A stretch of 64,000 nt of DNA from Nitrospirales bacterium (GCA_965203295.1 CBDBCZ010000018.1:1408001-1472000), one strand, 5' to 3'. Positions 11,901 through 27,700 are shown, counted from the first letter of the stretch. Numbers and translations are program-made. Notes: a model not told the origin generated them from the letters alone.

Positions 11901-14900
11901 AGAGAGCACCCGAAGACTGTACGCACTCTCCACATAGAATTAACTATACCAGTATCCAAATTAAAAATTCACTTTACTAGTTTATAGCTGGTCTTAGTAA
12001 TGAGGCTGTAACAGTCCTAAGAACTGTGCTTGAGTGTTATTTTGAGCATGTGCTGATGGGGTGTTCCTGACGGTGCTAGCTAACCAGAGTTTGAGATGCC
12101 TTCTGACCTTTGATGAGATTTCAAGACGAGCAGAGAAGATATCTCCCTAGCAAGTCTTCTAAACCTGTATCACAGTTAGCTACTATTGTGGAGAGGTCTT
12201 AAATGCATTTAGGTCAGAGAATTTTCACTCGCTCTTTAGAGAATTTACAATGGTGCTTAAAGTGCCACTTTTCATCCCATTACATGTACATGTAGCACCA
12301 TGTGTCTTTTGCGGGCTATTTTTGTATCCTATATCTCATAAACGCACATACTTGTGGTAGATGACTCAGATCTTTGAATCTTTGTACGTTGCAACTTGAA
12401 GAAGGGATCCACACTTCCTTAGGTGACACCATTTGTGGGGCGGGGAGGGAGAGAGCACCCGAAGACTGTACGCACTCTCCACATAGAATTAACTATACCA
12501 GTATCCAAATTAAAAATTCATCATACTAGTTCTTAGCTGGTCTTAGTAATGAGGCTGTAACGATCCTAAGAACAGTGCTTGAGTGTTGTTATCTTGAGCA
12601 TGTACTGATGGGGTGTTCCTGACAGCGCTAGTTCTCCAGGGTTTGAGATGCCCTCTGACCTTTGGTGACATTTCAAGTTGAGCAGAGAAGATACCTTGCT
12701 AGCAAGCCTTCAAAACCTGTATCACAGATAGCTACTATTGTGGAGAGGTCTTAAATGCATTTATGTCTGAGAATTTTCACTTGCTTGGAGAATTCACAAT
12801 GGTGCTTAAGTGCCACTTTTCAGCCCTTTAGCGCCATGTGTCTTTAGCTGGGTATTTTTATTTCCTAAATTGTCATGAATGCACTAATTTGTAGTTTATG
12901 ATGCAGATCTTTCTTGCTAGCAAATTATCTTAACCTGTATCAGAAATAGCTACTATTCTGGAGAGGCCTTGCATATATGTATGGCTGAGGATTTTCACTT
13001 GTTGTTTGGAGAATTCACAATGGTGCTTAAAGTGGCACTTTTCATCCCACTAGCGCCATGTGTGTTTTTACGGCTATGTTCGCCTCCTAGACTGTCATGA
13101 AGGCACATATTTGTATTAGACGAATCATATCTATCCATGCTGAGCATGCAATGGTGAAGCACCGAGTGAGGAGGATGTTATATGGATTCCAACCCTGGCC
13201 TTAGCCAATGATGTACCATTTGTGTATGGCACATCCAATCATAGAACCATCCCAGCAACAAGGAACTTCGTCTTGTCCATCAGTCCTACAATTAACTAAT
13301 CCAGCCTCCCCGATGTACCTGACTCTATTTCCTGTTTTGTTTCAGTCCTCATTTCCCTCCTATCCTAATTATTCGCTCGTTTTTAATTTTTCACTACTTT
13401 CCCTTGTTTCAAGCAGTACTTTTGTAACACCTCACTCTACCCCTGATGTTGACAGCTGTATAGTAATCTTGTACCAGAGATAGATAATACTGTGTGAATT
13501 GCACAATATTGCTTAAGTGCCACTTTTTATCTCGTTAGCACCATGTGTCTTTCGCTGGCTATTTTCGCATCCTAGACTGTCATTAATGTACATACTTGTA
13601 GTAGATGACTCGGATCTTTGAACTTTTGTACGTTCCAACTTGAAGAAGGAATTTACACTTCTCATTAGGTGACACCATTTGTCGAGGGGGTGGGTGGGGA
13701 GCACCCGGAGATTGTATGCACTCTCCACATATAGTCTAATTACGTATGCCGGTATCCAAATTAAAAATTCACTTTACTAGTTCTTAGCTGGTCTTAGTAT
13801 TGATGCTGTACCAATCTTAAAAACTTTGCATGAGTGTTATTTTGAGCAGGTGAGGATAGAGTGGTCCTGACAGCGCTAGTTCTCCAGGATATGAGACGCC
13901 CTCTGACCTTTAATGAGATTACAAGGTGAGCAGAGAAGATACCTTGCTAACAAGTCATCTAAACCTGTATCACAGATAGCTGCTATTGTAGAGAGGTCTT
14001 AAATGCATTTATGTCTGAGAATTTTCACTTGCAAGCTCTTTGGAGAATTCACAATGGTGCTTAAGTGCCACTTTTCAGCCCTTTAGCACCATGTGTCTTT
14101 CGCTGGGTATTTTTATTTCCTAGATTGACATGAATGCACTAATTTGTAGTCGATCTTTCTTGCTAGCAAGTCATCTTAACCTGTATCAGAAATAGCTACT
14201 ATTGTGGAGAGGCCTTGCATTTATGTATGGCTGAGAATTTTCACTTGCTGTTTGGAGAATGCACAATGGTGCTTAAAGTGCCACTTTTCATCCCACTAGC
14301 ACCATGTGTTTTCTACAGCTATGTTCGCTACCTAGACTGTCATGAAGGCACATATTTGTATTAGATGACTCAGATCTATCCTTGCTGAGCATGCAATGGT
14401 GAAGCACCACCATTACATTGAGTGAGGTGGATGTTACGGATTCCAACCCTGGCCTTAGCCAATGATGTACCATTCGGGTATGGCACATCCAATCATAGCA
14501 CCATCCCATCAACAAGGAACTTGGTCTTGTCCATCAGGACTACAATTCACTAATCCAGCCTCCCCGCTGTACCTGACTCTATTCCCTGTTTTGTTTCAGT
14601 CCTCATTTTCCTCCTATTCTAAATATTCGCTCGTTCTTAATTATTCACTACTTTCCTTGTTTCAAGCAGTAATTTTGTAACACCTCACTCTACCCCTGAT
14701 GATGACATCTGTATAATCTTGTACCAGAGATAGATAATACTGTGGAAATTGCCCAATGTTGCTTAAAGTGCCACTTTTTATCCCGTTAGCACCATGTGTC
14801 TTGCTCTGGCTATTTTCGCATCCTAGACTGTCATTAATACACATACTTGTAGTAGATGACTCGGATCTTTGAACTTTTGTATGTTGCAACTTCAAGAAGG

Positions 14901-15751
14901 AATTCACTCTTCTCATTAGGGGACACCACTTGTCGAGGGGGTGGGTGGGGAGTACCCATAGACCGTATGCACTCTCCACATATAGTCTAATTACGTATGC
15001 CATATCCAATATAAAAAATCCATTTTAGTAGTTTTTAGCTGGTCTTAGTATTCAATTTGATGCTGTAACAATCCTAAGAGCTTTGCATGTGTGTTATTTG
15101 GGTCAGGTGAAGATAGAGTGGTCCTGACAGCGCTAGTTCTCTGGGGTTTGAGATGCCCTCTGACCTTTAATGAGATTACAAGGTGAGGACGGAAGATACC
15201 TTGCTAGCATGTCTTCTAAACCTGTTCCACAGAAAATGCATTTATGTCTGTGAATTTGCAATTATTCTTTGGAGAATTTACAATGGTGCTTAAAGTGCCA
15301 TTTTTATCCCGTTAGCACCATGTGTCTTTCGCTGGCTATTTTCGCATCATAGACGGTCATTATTGCACATACTTGTAGTAGATGATGCAGATCTTTCTAG
15401 CTAGCAAGTTTTTTTAACCTGTATCAGAGATAGCTACTATTGTGGAGAGGCCTTGCATATATGTATAAGTGAGAATTTTCACTTGCTCTTGGAGAATGCA
15501 TAATGATGCTTAAAGTGCCACTTTTCAGCCCATTAGCACCATCTGTCTTTTGCCGGCTATTTTCGTTTCCTAGGTTATCATGATTGCACATAATACAGCA
15601 GCTATGTTCGCTACCTAGACTGTCATGAAGGCACATAATTGTTGTAGATGACTCAGATCTATCCTTGCTGAGCATGCAATGGTGAAGCTCCACAGCATAT
15701 ATGGAGTGAGGTGGAAGCTACGAATTCCAACCCTGGCCTTAGCCAATGATG
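5950..15751 (+). repeat. Higher-order satellite array, left arm
   Basis: Recurring ~180-190 bp subunits with core CACAATGGTGCTTAA(A)GTGCCACTTTTCA..C..TAGCACCATGTGTCTTT. A 549 bp unit starts at 10881, 11430 and 11979. Confidence 0.95.
8964..9312 (+). mobile_element. Penelope-like 3' end module (representative of ~19 full copies in the satellite)
   Basis: Reads SILAEHAMVKHHGITLSEVNVTNFNPGLSQ*CTIRVWHIQS*HHPINKELGLVHQDYNSLI, similar to the PLE GIY-YIG C-terminus (SALAEH...E.WHI...IN...G.LP..Y..LI). It is followed by a pyrimidine-rich UTR and CTGATG(A/T)TGAC. Confidence 0.7.
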
Positions 15752-18700
15752 GTGAATAATTAAAAACGAGTGAATAATTAAGATAGGAGGGAAATGAGGA
15801 CTGAAAAAAACAGGAAATAGAGTTAGGTACATCGGGGAGGCTGGATTAGTAAATTGTAGGCCTGATGGACAAGACCAAGTTCCTTGTTAATGGGATGGTG
15901 CTATGATTGGATGTACCATAAACAAATGGTACATCATTGGCTAAGGCCAGGGTTGGAATCTGTAATATCCACCTTACTCCATGTAATGGTGGTGCTTCAC
16001 CATTGCATGCTCAGCAAGGATAGATCTGAGTCATCTAATACAAATACGTGCCTTCATGACAGTCTAGGTAGCGAACATAGCTGAAGAAAGACACATGGTG
16101 CTAATGGTATGAAAAGTGGCACTTAAGCACCATTGTGAATTCTCCAAAGAGCAAGTGAAAACTCTCAGACATAAATGCATCTAAGACCTCTCCACAATAG
16201 TAGCTATCTGTGATACAGGTTTAGATGACTTGCTAGAAAGAAAGATCGACTACAAATTAGTGCATATGTCAATCTAGGAAAAAATACCCAGCAAAAAACA
16301 CACGGTGCTAAAGGGCTGAAAAGTGGCACTTAAGCACCATTGTGATTTCTCCAAAGAGCAAGTGAAAATTCTCAGACGTAAATGCTTTTAAGACCTCTCC
16401 ACAATAGTAGCTATCTGTGATACAGGTTTAGATGACTTGCTAGCAAGAAAAATTGACTACAAATTGGTGCATTCATGTCAATCTAGGAAATAAAAATACC
16501 CAGTGAAAAACACATGGTGCTAAAGGGCTGAAAAGTGGCACTTAAGCACCATTGTGAATTCTCCAAAGAGCAAGTGAAAATTCTCAGACATAAATGCATT
16601 TAAGACCTCTCCACAATAGCAGCTATCTGTGATACAGGTTTAGATGACTTGCTAGCAAGGTATCTTCTCTGCTCACCTTGTAAATTCATTAAAGGTCAGA
16701 GGGCATATCAAACCCTGGAGAACAAGTGCTGTCAGGACCACTCTATCCTCACCTGCTCAAAATAACACTCATGCAAAGTTCTTAGGATTGTTACAGCCTC
16801 AATACTAAGACCAGCTAAGAACTAGCAAAATGGATTTTTAATTTGGATACTGGCATACGTAATTTGACTATATGTGGAGAGTGCATACAGTCTCTGGTGC
16901 TCCCCGCCCACCCCCTCTACAAATGGTGTCACCTAATAAGAAGTGTAAATTCCTTCTTTAAGTTGCAACGTACAAAAGTTCAAAGATCCAAGTCATCTAC
17001 TACAAGTATGTGCATTAATGACAGTCTAGAATGCGAAAATAGCCAGCGAAAGACACATGGTGCTAACGGGATAAAAAGTGGCACTTAAGCACCACTGTGC
17101 AATTCCCACAGTATTATCTATCTCTGGTACAAGATTACTATACAGCTATCAACATCAGGGGTAGAGTGAGGTGTTACAAAAGTACTGCTTGAAACAAGGG
17201 AAAGTAGTGAATAAATAAAAACGAGCGAATAATTAGGATAGGAGGGAAATGAGGACTGAAACAAAACAGGGAATAGAGTCAGGTACAGCGGGGAGGCTGG
17301 ATTAGTGAATTGTAGGCCTAATGGACAAGACCAAGTTCCTTGTTGATGGGATGGTGCTATGATTGGATGTGCCATACCAGAATGATACATCATTGGCTAA
17401 GACCAGGGTTGGAATCCGTAACATCCACGTCACTTGGTGCTTCACCATTGCATGCTCAGCAAGGATAGATATGAGTCGTCTAATACAAATACGTGCCTTC
17501 ATGACAGTCTAGGAGGCGAACATAGCCATAAAAACACACATGGTGCTAGTGGGATGAAAAGTGGCACTTTAAGCACCATTGTGCATTCTCCAAACAACAA
17601 GTGAAAATCCTCAGCCATACATATATGCAAGGCCTCTCCACAATAGTAGCTATTTCTGATACAGGTTAAGATAATTTTCCAGCAAGAAAGACCTGCATAA
17701 TCGACTACAAGTTAGTGCATTCATGTCAATCTAGAAAATAAAAATACCCAGCGAAAGACACATGGTGCTAAAGGGCTGAAAAGTGGCACTTAAGCACCAT
17801 TGTGAATTCTCCAAAGAGCAAGTGAAAATTCTCTGACATAAATGCATTTAAGACCTCTCTACAATAGTAGCTATGTATCTGTGATACAGGTTTTGAAGAC
17901 TTGCTAGCAAGGTATCTTCTCTGCTCAACTTGAAATGTCACCAAAGGTCAGAGGGCATCTCAAACCCTGGAGAACTAGCGCTGTCAGAAACACCCCATCA
18001 GTACATGCTTAAGATAACAACACTCAAGCACAGTTCTTAGGATTCTTACAGCCTTAATACTAAGACCAGCTAAGAACTAGTATGATGAATTTTTAGTTTG
18101 GATACTGGTATAGTTAATTCTATGTGTCTACTCCCCGGCCCACAAATGGTGTCACCTAAGGAAGTGTGGATCCCTTCTTCAAGTTGCAACGTACAAAGAT
18201 TCAAAGATCTGAGTCATCTACCACAAGTATGTGCGTTCATGAGATCTAAGATACAAAATAGCCCGCAAAAGACACATGGTGCTACATGTACATGTAATGG
18301 GATGAAAAGTGGCACTTTAAGCACCATTGTAAATTCTCTAAAGAGCGAGTGAAAACTCTCTGACCTAAACGTATTTAAGACCTCTCCACAATAGTAACTA
18401 ACTGTAATACAGGTTTAAATGACATGCTAGCAAGGTATCTTCTCTGCTCACCTTGTAAATTCAATAAAGGTCAGTGGGCATATCAAACCCTGGAGAACTA
18501 GCGCTGTCAGGACCACTCTATCCTCACCTGCTAAAAATAACACTCATGTAAAGTTCTTAGGATTGTTACAGCCTCAATACTAAGACCAGCTAAAAACTAG
18601 CAAAATGAATTTTAATTTGGATACTGGCATACGTAATTTGACTATATGTGGAGAGTGCATACAGTTTCCGAGTGCTCCCCACCCACTTCCTCGACAAGTG

Positions 18701-21700
18701 GTATCACCTAATGGGAAGTGTAAATCCCTTTTTCAAGTTGCAACGTACCAAATTTCAAAGATCCTAGACATCTACTACAAGTATGTGCATTATAGACAGT
18801 CTAGGAGGCGAAAATAGCCAGCGAAAGACACATGGTGCTAATGGGATAAAAAGATGCACTTAAGCACCATTGTGCAATTTCCACAGTAATATCTCTCTCT
18901 GGTAGAAGATTACTATACAGTAGTCATCATCACGGATAGAGTGAGGTGTTACTAAAGTTCTGCTTGAAACAAGGCAAAGTGGTAAATAATTAAAAACGAG
19001 CGAATAATTAGGATAGGAGGGAAAAGAGGACTGAAACAAAACAGGGAATAGAGTCAGGTACAGCGGGGAGGCTGGATTAGTGAATTGTAGGGCTGATGGA
19101 CAAGACCAAGTTCCTTGTTGATGGGATGGTGCTATGATTGGATGTGCCATACCCGAGTGGTACATCATTGGCTAAGACCAGGGTTGAAATTCATAACATC
19201 CACCTCACTCCATGTAATGCCGTGGTGCTTCACCATTGCATGCTCAGCAAGGATAGATCTGAGTCATCTAATACAAATATGTGCCTTCATGAGTTTAGGT
19301 AGCGAACATAGCTGTAGAAAGACACATGGTGCTAGTGGGATGAAAAGTGGCACTTTAAGCACCATTGTGCATTCTCCAAACAGCAAGTGAAAATTCTCAG
19401 CCATACATATATGCAAGGCCTCTCCACAATAGTAGCTATCTCTGATACAGGTTAAGAAATCTTGCTAGCAAGAAAGATCTGCATAAACGACTGCAAATTA
19501 GTGCATTCATGTCAATCTAGGAAATAAATACCCAGCGAAAGACACATGGTGCTCGAGGGCTGAAAAGTGGCACTTAAGCACCATTGTAAATTCTCCAAAG
19601 AGCAAGTGAAAATTCTCAGACATAAATGCATTTAAGACCTCTCCACAATAGTAGTTATCTGTGATACAGGTTAGATGACTTGCTAGTAAGAAAAATCGAC
19701 TACAAATTGGTGCATTCATGTCAATCTAGGAAATAAAAATACCCAGTGAAAAACACATGGTGCTAAAGGGCTGAAAAGTGGCACTTAAGCACCATTGTGA
19801 ATTCTCCAAAGAGCAACTGAAAATTCTCAGACATAAATGCATTTAAGACCTCTCCACAATAGCAGCTAACTGTGATACAGGTTTAAATGACTTGCTAGCA
19901 AGGTATCTTCTCTGCTCACCTTGTAAATTCAATAAAGGTCAGAGGGCATATCAAACCCTGGAGAACTAGCGCTGTCAGGACCACTCTATCCTCACCTGCT
20001 CAAAATAACACTCATGCAAAGTTCTTAGGATTGTTACAGCCTCAATACTAAGACCAGCTAAGAACTAGCAAAATGGATTTTTAATTTGGATACTGGCATA
20101 CGTAATTTGACTATATGTGGAGAGTGCATACAGTCTCCGGTGCTTTCCACCCACCCCCTCGACAAATGGTGTCACCTAATGAGAAGTGTAAATTCCTTCT
20201 TTAAGTTGCAACGTACAAAAGTTCAAAGATCCGAGTCATCTACTACAAGTATGTGCATTAATGACAGTCTAGAATGCGAAAATAGCCAGCGAAAGACACA
20301 TGGTGCTAACGGGATAAAAAGTGGCACTTAAGCACCACTGTGCAATTCCCACAGTATTATCTATCTCTGGTACAAGATTACTATACAGCTATCAACATCA
20401 GGGGTAGAGTGAGGTGTTACAAAAGTACTGCTTGAAACAAGGGAAAGTAGTGAATAAATAAAAACGAGCGAATAATTAGGATAGGAGGGAAATGAGGACT
20501 GAAACAAAACAGGGAATAGAGTCAGGTACAGCGGGGAGGCTGGATTAGTGAATTGTAGTCCTGATGGACAAGACCAAGTTCCTTGTTGATGGGATGGTGC
20601 TATGATTGGATGTGCCATACCCGAATGGTACATCATTGGCTAAGGCCAGGGTTGGAATCTGTAACATCCACCTCATTCTATGTAATGCTGTGGTGCTTCA
20701 CCATTGCATGCTCAGCAAGAATAGATCTGAGTCATCTACTACAAATATGTGCCTTCATGAGTTTAGGTAGTAAACATAGCTGTAGAAAGATACATGGTGC
20801 TAGTGGGATGAAAAGTGGCACTTTAAGCACCATTGTGCATTCTCCAAACAGCAAGTGAAAATTCTCAGCCATACATATATGCAAGGCCTCTCCACAATAG
20901 TAGCTATCTCTGATACAGGTTAAAAAATCTTGCTAGCAAGAAAGATCTGCATAAACGACTGCAAATTAGTGCATTCATGTCAATCAAGGAAATAAAAATA
21001 CCCAGCGAAAGACACATGGTGCTCAAGGGCTGAAAAGTGGCACTTAAGCACCATTGTAAATTCTCCAAAGAGCAAGTGAAAATTCTCAGTCATAAATGCA
21101 TTTAAGACCTCTCCACCATAGTAGCTATCTGTGATACAGGTTTAGATGACTTGCTAGCAAGAAAACTTGACTACAAATTGGTGCATTCATGTCAATCTAG
21201 GAAATAAAAATACCCAGTGAAAAACACATGGTGCTAAAGGGCTGAAAAGTGGCACTTAAGCACCATTGTAAATTCTCCAAAGAGCAAGCGAAAATTCTCA
21301 GACATAAATGCATTTAAGACCTCTCCACAATAGCAGCTATCTGTGATACAGGTTTAGATGACTTGTTAGCAAGGTATCTTCTCTGCTCACCTTGTAAATT
21401 CATTAAAGGTCAGAGGGCATCTCAAAGCCTGGAGAACAAGTGCTGTCAGGACCACTCTATCCTCACCTGCTCAAAATAACACTCATGCAAAGTTCTTAGG
21501 ATTGTTACAGCCTCAATACTAAGACCAGCTAAGAACTAGCAAAATGGATTTTAATTTGGATACTGGCATACGTAATTTGACTATATGTGGAGAGTGCATA
21601 CAGCTCTGGTGCTCCCCACCCACCCCCACGAGAAATGGTGTCACCTAATGAGAAGTGTAAATTCCTTCTTTAAGTTGCAACGTACAAAAGTTCAAAGATC

Positions 21701-24700
21701 CGAGTCATCTACTAGAAGTATGTGCATTAATGACAGTCTAGAATGCAAAAATAGCCAGCGAAAGACACATGGTGCTAACGGGATAAAAAGTGGCACTTAA
21801 GCACCACTGTGCAATTCCCACAGTATTATCTATCTCTGGTACAAGATTACTATACAGCTATCAACATCAGGGGTAGAGTGAGGTGTTACAAAAGTACTGC
21901 TTGAAACAAGGGAAAGTAGTGAATAAATAAAAACGAGCGAATAATTAGGATAGGAGGGAAATGAGGACTGAAACAAAACAGGGAATAGAGTCAGGTACAG
22001 CGGGGAGGCTGGATTAGTGAATTGTAGTCCTGATGGACAAGACCAAGTTCCTTGTTGATGGGATGGTGCTATGATTGGATGTGCCATACCAGAATGATAC
22101 ATCATTGGCTAAGACCAGGGTTGGAATCCGTAACATCCACCTCATTCTATGTAATGCTGTGGTGCTTCACCATTGCATGCTCAGCAAGAATAGATCTGAG
22201 TCATCTACTACAAATATGTGCCTTCATGAGTTTAGGTAGCAAACATAGCTGTAGAAAGATACATGGTGCTAGTGGGATGAAAAGTGGCACTTTAAGCACC
22301 ATTGTGCATTCTCCAAACAGCAAGTGAAAATTCTCAGCCATACATATATGCAAGGCCTCTCCACAATAGTAGCTATCTCTGATACAGGTTAAGAAATCTT
22401 GCTAGCAAGAAAGATCTGCATAAACGACTGCAAATTAGTGCATTCATGTCAATCAAGGAAATAAAAATACCCAGCGAAAGACACATGGTGCTCAAGGGCT
22501 GAAAAGTGGCACTTAAGCACCATTGTAAATTCTCCAAAGAGCAAGTGAAAATTCTCAGTCATAAATGCATTTAAGACCTCTCCACCATAGTAGCTATCTG
22601 TGATACAGGTTTAGATGACTTGCTAGCAAGAAAAATCGACTACAAATTGGTGCATTCATGTCAATCTAGGAAATAAAAATACCCAGTGAAAAACACATGG
22701 TGCTAAAGGGCTGAAAAGTGGCACTTAAGCACCATTGTAAATTCTCCAAAGAGCAAGTGAAAATTCTCAGACATAAATGCATTTAAGACCTCTCCACAAT
22801 AGCAGCTATCTGTGATACAGGTTTAGATGACTTGTTAGCAAGGTATCTTCTCTGCTCACCTTGTAAATTCATTAAAGGTCAGAGGGCATCTCAAAGCCTG
22901 GAGAACAAGTGCTGTCAGGACCACTCTATCCTCACCTGCTCAAAGTAACACTCATGCAAAGTTCTTAGGATTGTTACAGCCTCAATACTAAGACCAGCTA
23001 AGAACTAGCAAAATGGATTTTAATTTGGATACTGACATACGTAATTTGACTATATGTGGAGAGTGCATACAGCTCTGGTGCTCCCCACCCACCCCCACGA
23101 CAAATGGTGTCACCTAATGAGAAGTGTAAATTCCTTCTTTAAGTTGCAACGTACAAAAGTTCAAAGATCCGAGTCATCTACTAGAAGTATGTGCATTAAT
23201 GACAGTCTAGAATGCGAAAATAGCCAGCGAAAGACACATGGTGCTAACGGGATAAAAAGTGGCACTTAAGCACCACTGTGCAATTCCCACAGTATTATCT
23301 ATCTCTGGTACAAGATTACTATACAGCTATCAACATCAGGGGTAGAGTGAGGTGTTACAAAAGTACTGCTTGAAACAAGGGAAGTAGTGAATAAATAAAA
23401 ACGAGCGAATAATTAGGATAGGAGAAAAATGAGGACTGAAACAAAACAGGGAATAGAGTCAGGTACAGCGGGGAGGCTGGATTAGTGAATTGTAGGCCTG
23501 ATGGACAAGACTAAGTTCCTTGTTGATGGGATGGTGCTATGATTGGATGTGCCATACCAGAATGATACATCATTGGCTAAGACCAGGGTTGGAATCCGTA
23601 ACATCCACCTCATTCTATGTAATGCTGTGGTGCTTCACCATTGCATGCTCAGCAAGAATAGATCTGAGTCATCTACTACAAATATGTGCCTTCATGAGTT
23701 TAGGTAGCAAACATAGCTGTAGAAAGACACATGGTGCTAGTGGGTTGAAAAGTGGCACTTTAAGCACCATTGTGCATTCTCCAAACAGCAAGTGAAAATT
23801 CTCAGCCATACATATATGCAAGACCTCTCCACAATAGTAGCTATCTCTGATACAGGTTAAGAAATCTTGCTAGCAAGAAAGATCTGCATAAACGACTGCA
23901 AATTAGTGCATTCATGTCAATCTAGGAAATAAAAATACCCAGCGAAAGACACATGGTGCTCAAGGGCTGAAAAGTGGCACTTAAGCACCATTGTAAATTC
24001 TCCAAAGAGCAAGTGAAAATTCTCAGTCATAAATGCATTTAAGACCTCTCCACAGTAGTAGCTATCTGTGATACAGGTTTAGATGACTTGCTAGAAAGAA
24101 AGATCGACTACAAATTAGTGCATATGTCAATCTAGGAAAAAATACCCAGCAAAAAACACACGGTGCTAAAGGGCTGAAAAGTGGCACTTAAGCACCATTG
24201 TAAATTCTCCAAAGAGCAAGTGAAAATTCTCAGACATAAATGCATTTAAGACCTCTCTACTATAGTAGCTACGTATCTGTGATACAGGTTTTGAAGACTT
24301 GCTAGCAAGGTATCTTCTCTGCTCAACTTGAAATGTCACCAAAGGTCAGAGGGCATCTCAAACCCTGGAAAACTAGCGCTGTCAGGAACACCCCATCAGT
24401 ATATGCTCAAAATAACAACACTTAAGCACAGTTCTTAGGATTCTTACAGCCTTAATACTAAGACCAGCTAAGAACTAGTATGATAAATTTTTAATTTGGA
24501 TACTGGTATAGTTAATTCTATGTGGAGAGTGCGTACAGTCTTCGGGTGCTCTCTCCCTCCCCACCCCACAAATGGTGTCACCTAAGGAAGTGTGGATCCC
24601 TTCTTCAAGTTGCAACGTACAAAGATTCAAAGATCTGAGTCATCTACCACAAGTATGTGCGTTCATGAGATCTAAGATACAAAATAGCCTGCAAAAGACA

Positions 24701-27700
24701 CATGGTGCTACATGTACATGTAATGGGATGAAAAGTGGCACTTTAAGCACCATTGTAAATTCTCTAAAGAGCGAGTGAAAACTCTCTGACCTAAATGCAT
24801 TTAGGACCTCTCCACTATAGTAGCTAACTGTGATACAGGTTTAGAAGACTTGCTAGCAAGGTATCTTCTCTGCTCGTCTTGAAATCTCATCATAGGTCAG
24901 AAGGCATCTCAAACTCTGGTTAACTAGCACCGTCAGGAACACCCCATCAGCACATGCTCAAAATAACACTCAAGCACAGTTCTTAGGACTGTTACAGCCT
25001 CATTACTAAGACCAGCTTTAAACTAGTAAAATGAATTTTTAATTGGAATACTGGTGTACGTAATTAGATTATATGTGGAGAGTACATACAGTTTCCGAGT
25101 GCTCCCCACCCACTTCCTCGACAAGTGGTATCACCTAATGGGAAGTGTAAATCCCTTTTTCAAGTTGCAACGTACCAAATTTCAAAGATCCTAGTCATCT
25201 ACTACAAGTATGTGCATTAAAGAAAGTCTAGGAGGCGAAAATAGCCAGCGAAAGACACATGGTGCTAATGGGATATAAAGTTGCACTTAAGCACCATTGT
25301 GCAATTTCGACAGTAATATCACTCTCTGGTAGAAGATTACTATACAGTGGTCATCATCAGTGGTAGAGTGAGGTGTAACTAAAGTACTGCTTGAAACAAG
25401 GCAAAGTGGTGAATAATTAAAACGAGCGAATAATTAGGATAGGAGGGAAAAGAGGACTGAAACAAAACAGGGAATAGAGTCAGGTACAGCGGGGAGGCTG
25501 AATTAGTGAATTGTAGGTCTGATGAACAAGACCAAGTTCCTTGTTGATGGGATGGTGCTATGATTGTATGTGCCATGCCCGAGTGGTACATCATTGGCTA
25601 AGACCAGGGTTGGAATCCTTAACATCCACCTCACTCAATGTAATGCCGTGGTGTTTCACCATTGCATGCTCAGCAAGGATAGATCTGAATCATCTAATAC
25701 AAATATGTGCCTTCATGAGTTTAGGTAGCGAACATAGCTGTAGAAAGACACATGGTGCTAGTGGGATGAAAAGTGGCACTTTAAGCACCATTGTGCATTC
25801 TCCAAACAGCAAGTGAAAATTCTCAGCCATACATATATGCAAGGCCTCTCCACAATAGTAGCTATCTCTGATACAGGTTAAGAAATCTTGCTAGCAAGAA
25901 AGATCTGCATAAACGACTGCAAATTAGTGCATTCATGTCAATCTAGGAAATAAAAATACCCAGCGAAAGACACATGGTGCTCAAGGGCTTAAAAGTGGCA
26001 CTTAAGCACCATTGTAAATTCTCCAAAGAGCAAGTGAAAATTCTCAGTCATAAATGCATTTAAGACCTCTCCACAATAGTAGCTATCTGTGATACAGGTT
26101 TAGATGACTTGCTAGAAAGAAAGATCGACTACAAATTAGTGCATATGTCAATCTAGGAAAAAATACCCAGCAAAAAACACACGGTGCTAAAGGGCTGAAA
26201 AGTGGCACTTAAGCACCATTGTGATTTCTCTAAAGAGCAAGTGAAAATTCTCAGACATAAATGCATTTAAGACCTCTCCACAATAGGAGCTATCTGTGGT
26301 ACAGGTTTAGATGACTTGCTAGCAAGGTATCTTCTCTGCTCACCTTGTAAATTCATTAAAGGTCAGAGGGCATCTCAAACCCTGGAAAACTAGCTCTGTC
26401 AGGACCACTCTATTCTCACCTGCTCAAAATAACACTTATGCAAAGTTCTTAAGATTGTTACAGCATTAATACTAAGACCAGCTAAGAAAGAGAAATGGAT
26501 TTTTAATTTGGATACTTGCATATGTAATTTGACTATATGTGGAGAGTGCTTACAATCTCCGGGTGCTCCCCACCCACCCCCTCGACAAATGGTGTCACCT
26601 AATGAGAAGTGTAAATTCCTTCTTCAAGTTGCAACGTACAAAAGTTCAAAGATCCGAGTCATCTACTACAAGTATGTGCATTAATGACAGTCTAGAATGC
26701 GAAAATAGCCAGCGAAAGACACATGGTGCTAACGGGATAAAAAGTGGCACTTAAGCACCACTGTGCAATTCCCACAGTATTATCTATCTCTGGTACAAGA
26801 TTACTATACAGCTGTCAACATCAGGGGTAGAGTGAGGTGTTACAAAAGCACTGCTTGAAACAAGGGAAAGTAGTGAATAAATAAAAATGAGCGAATAATT
26901 AGGATAGGAGGGAAATGAGGACTGAAACAAAACAGGGAATAGAGTCAGGTACAGCGGGGAGGCTGGATTAGTGAATTGTAGGCCTGATGGACAACACCAA
27001 GTTCCTTGTTGATGGGATGGTTCTATGATTGGATGTGCCATACTCGAATGGTACATCATTGGCTAAGGCCAGGGTTGGAATCCGTAACATCCACGTCACT
27101 TGGTGCTTCACCATTGCATGCTCAGCAAGGATAGATATGAGTCGTCTAATACAAATATGTGCCTTCATGACAGTCTAGGAGGCGAACATAGCCGTAGAAA
27201 GACACATGGTGCTAGTGGGATGAAAAGTGGCACTTTAAGCACCATTGCGCATTCTCCAAACAACAAGTGAAAATCCTCAGCCATACATATATGCAAGGCC
27301 TCTCCACAATAGTAGCTATTTCTGATACAGGTTAAGATAATTTGCTAGCAAGAAAGATCTGCATCATAAACTACAAATAAGTGCATTCATGACAATTTAG
27401 GAAATAAAAATACCCAGCTAAAGACACATGGTGCTAAAGGGCTGAAAAGTTGTGCATAAGCACCATTGTAAATTCTCTAAAGAGCGAGTGAAAACTCTCG
27501 GACCTAAATGCATTTAAGACCTCTCTACAATAGTAGCTATCTGTGATACAGGTTTTGAAGGCTTGCTAGCAAGGTATCTTCTCTGCTCAACTTGAAATGT
27601 CACCAAAGGTCAGAGGGCATCTCAAACCCTGGAGAACTAGCGCTGTCAGGAACACCCCATCAGTACATGCTCAAGATAACAACACTCAAGCACAGTTCTT

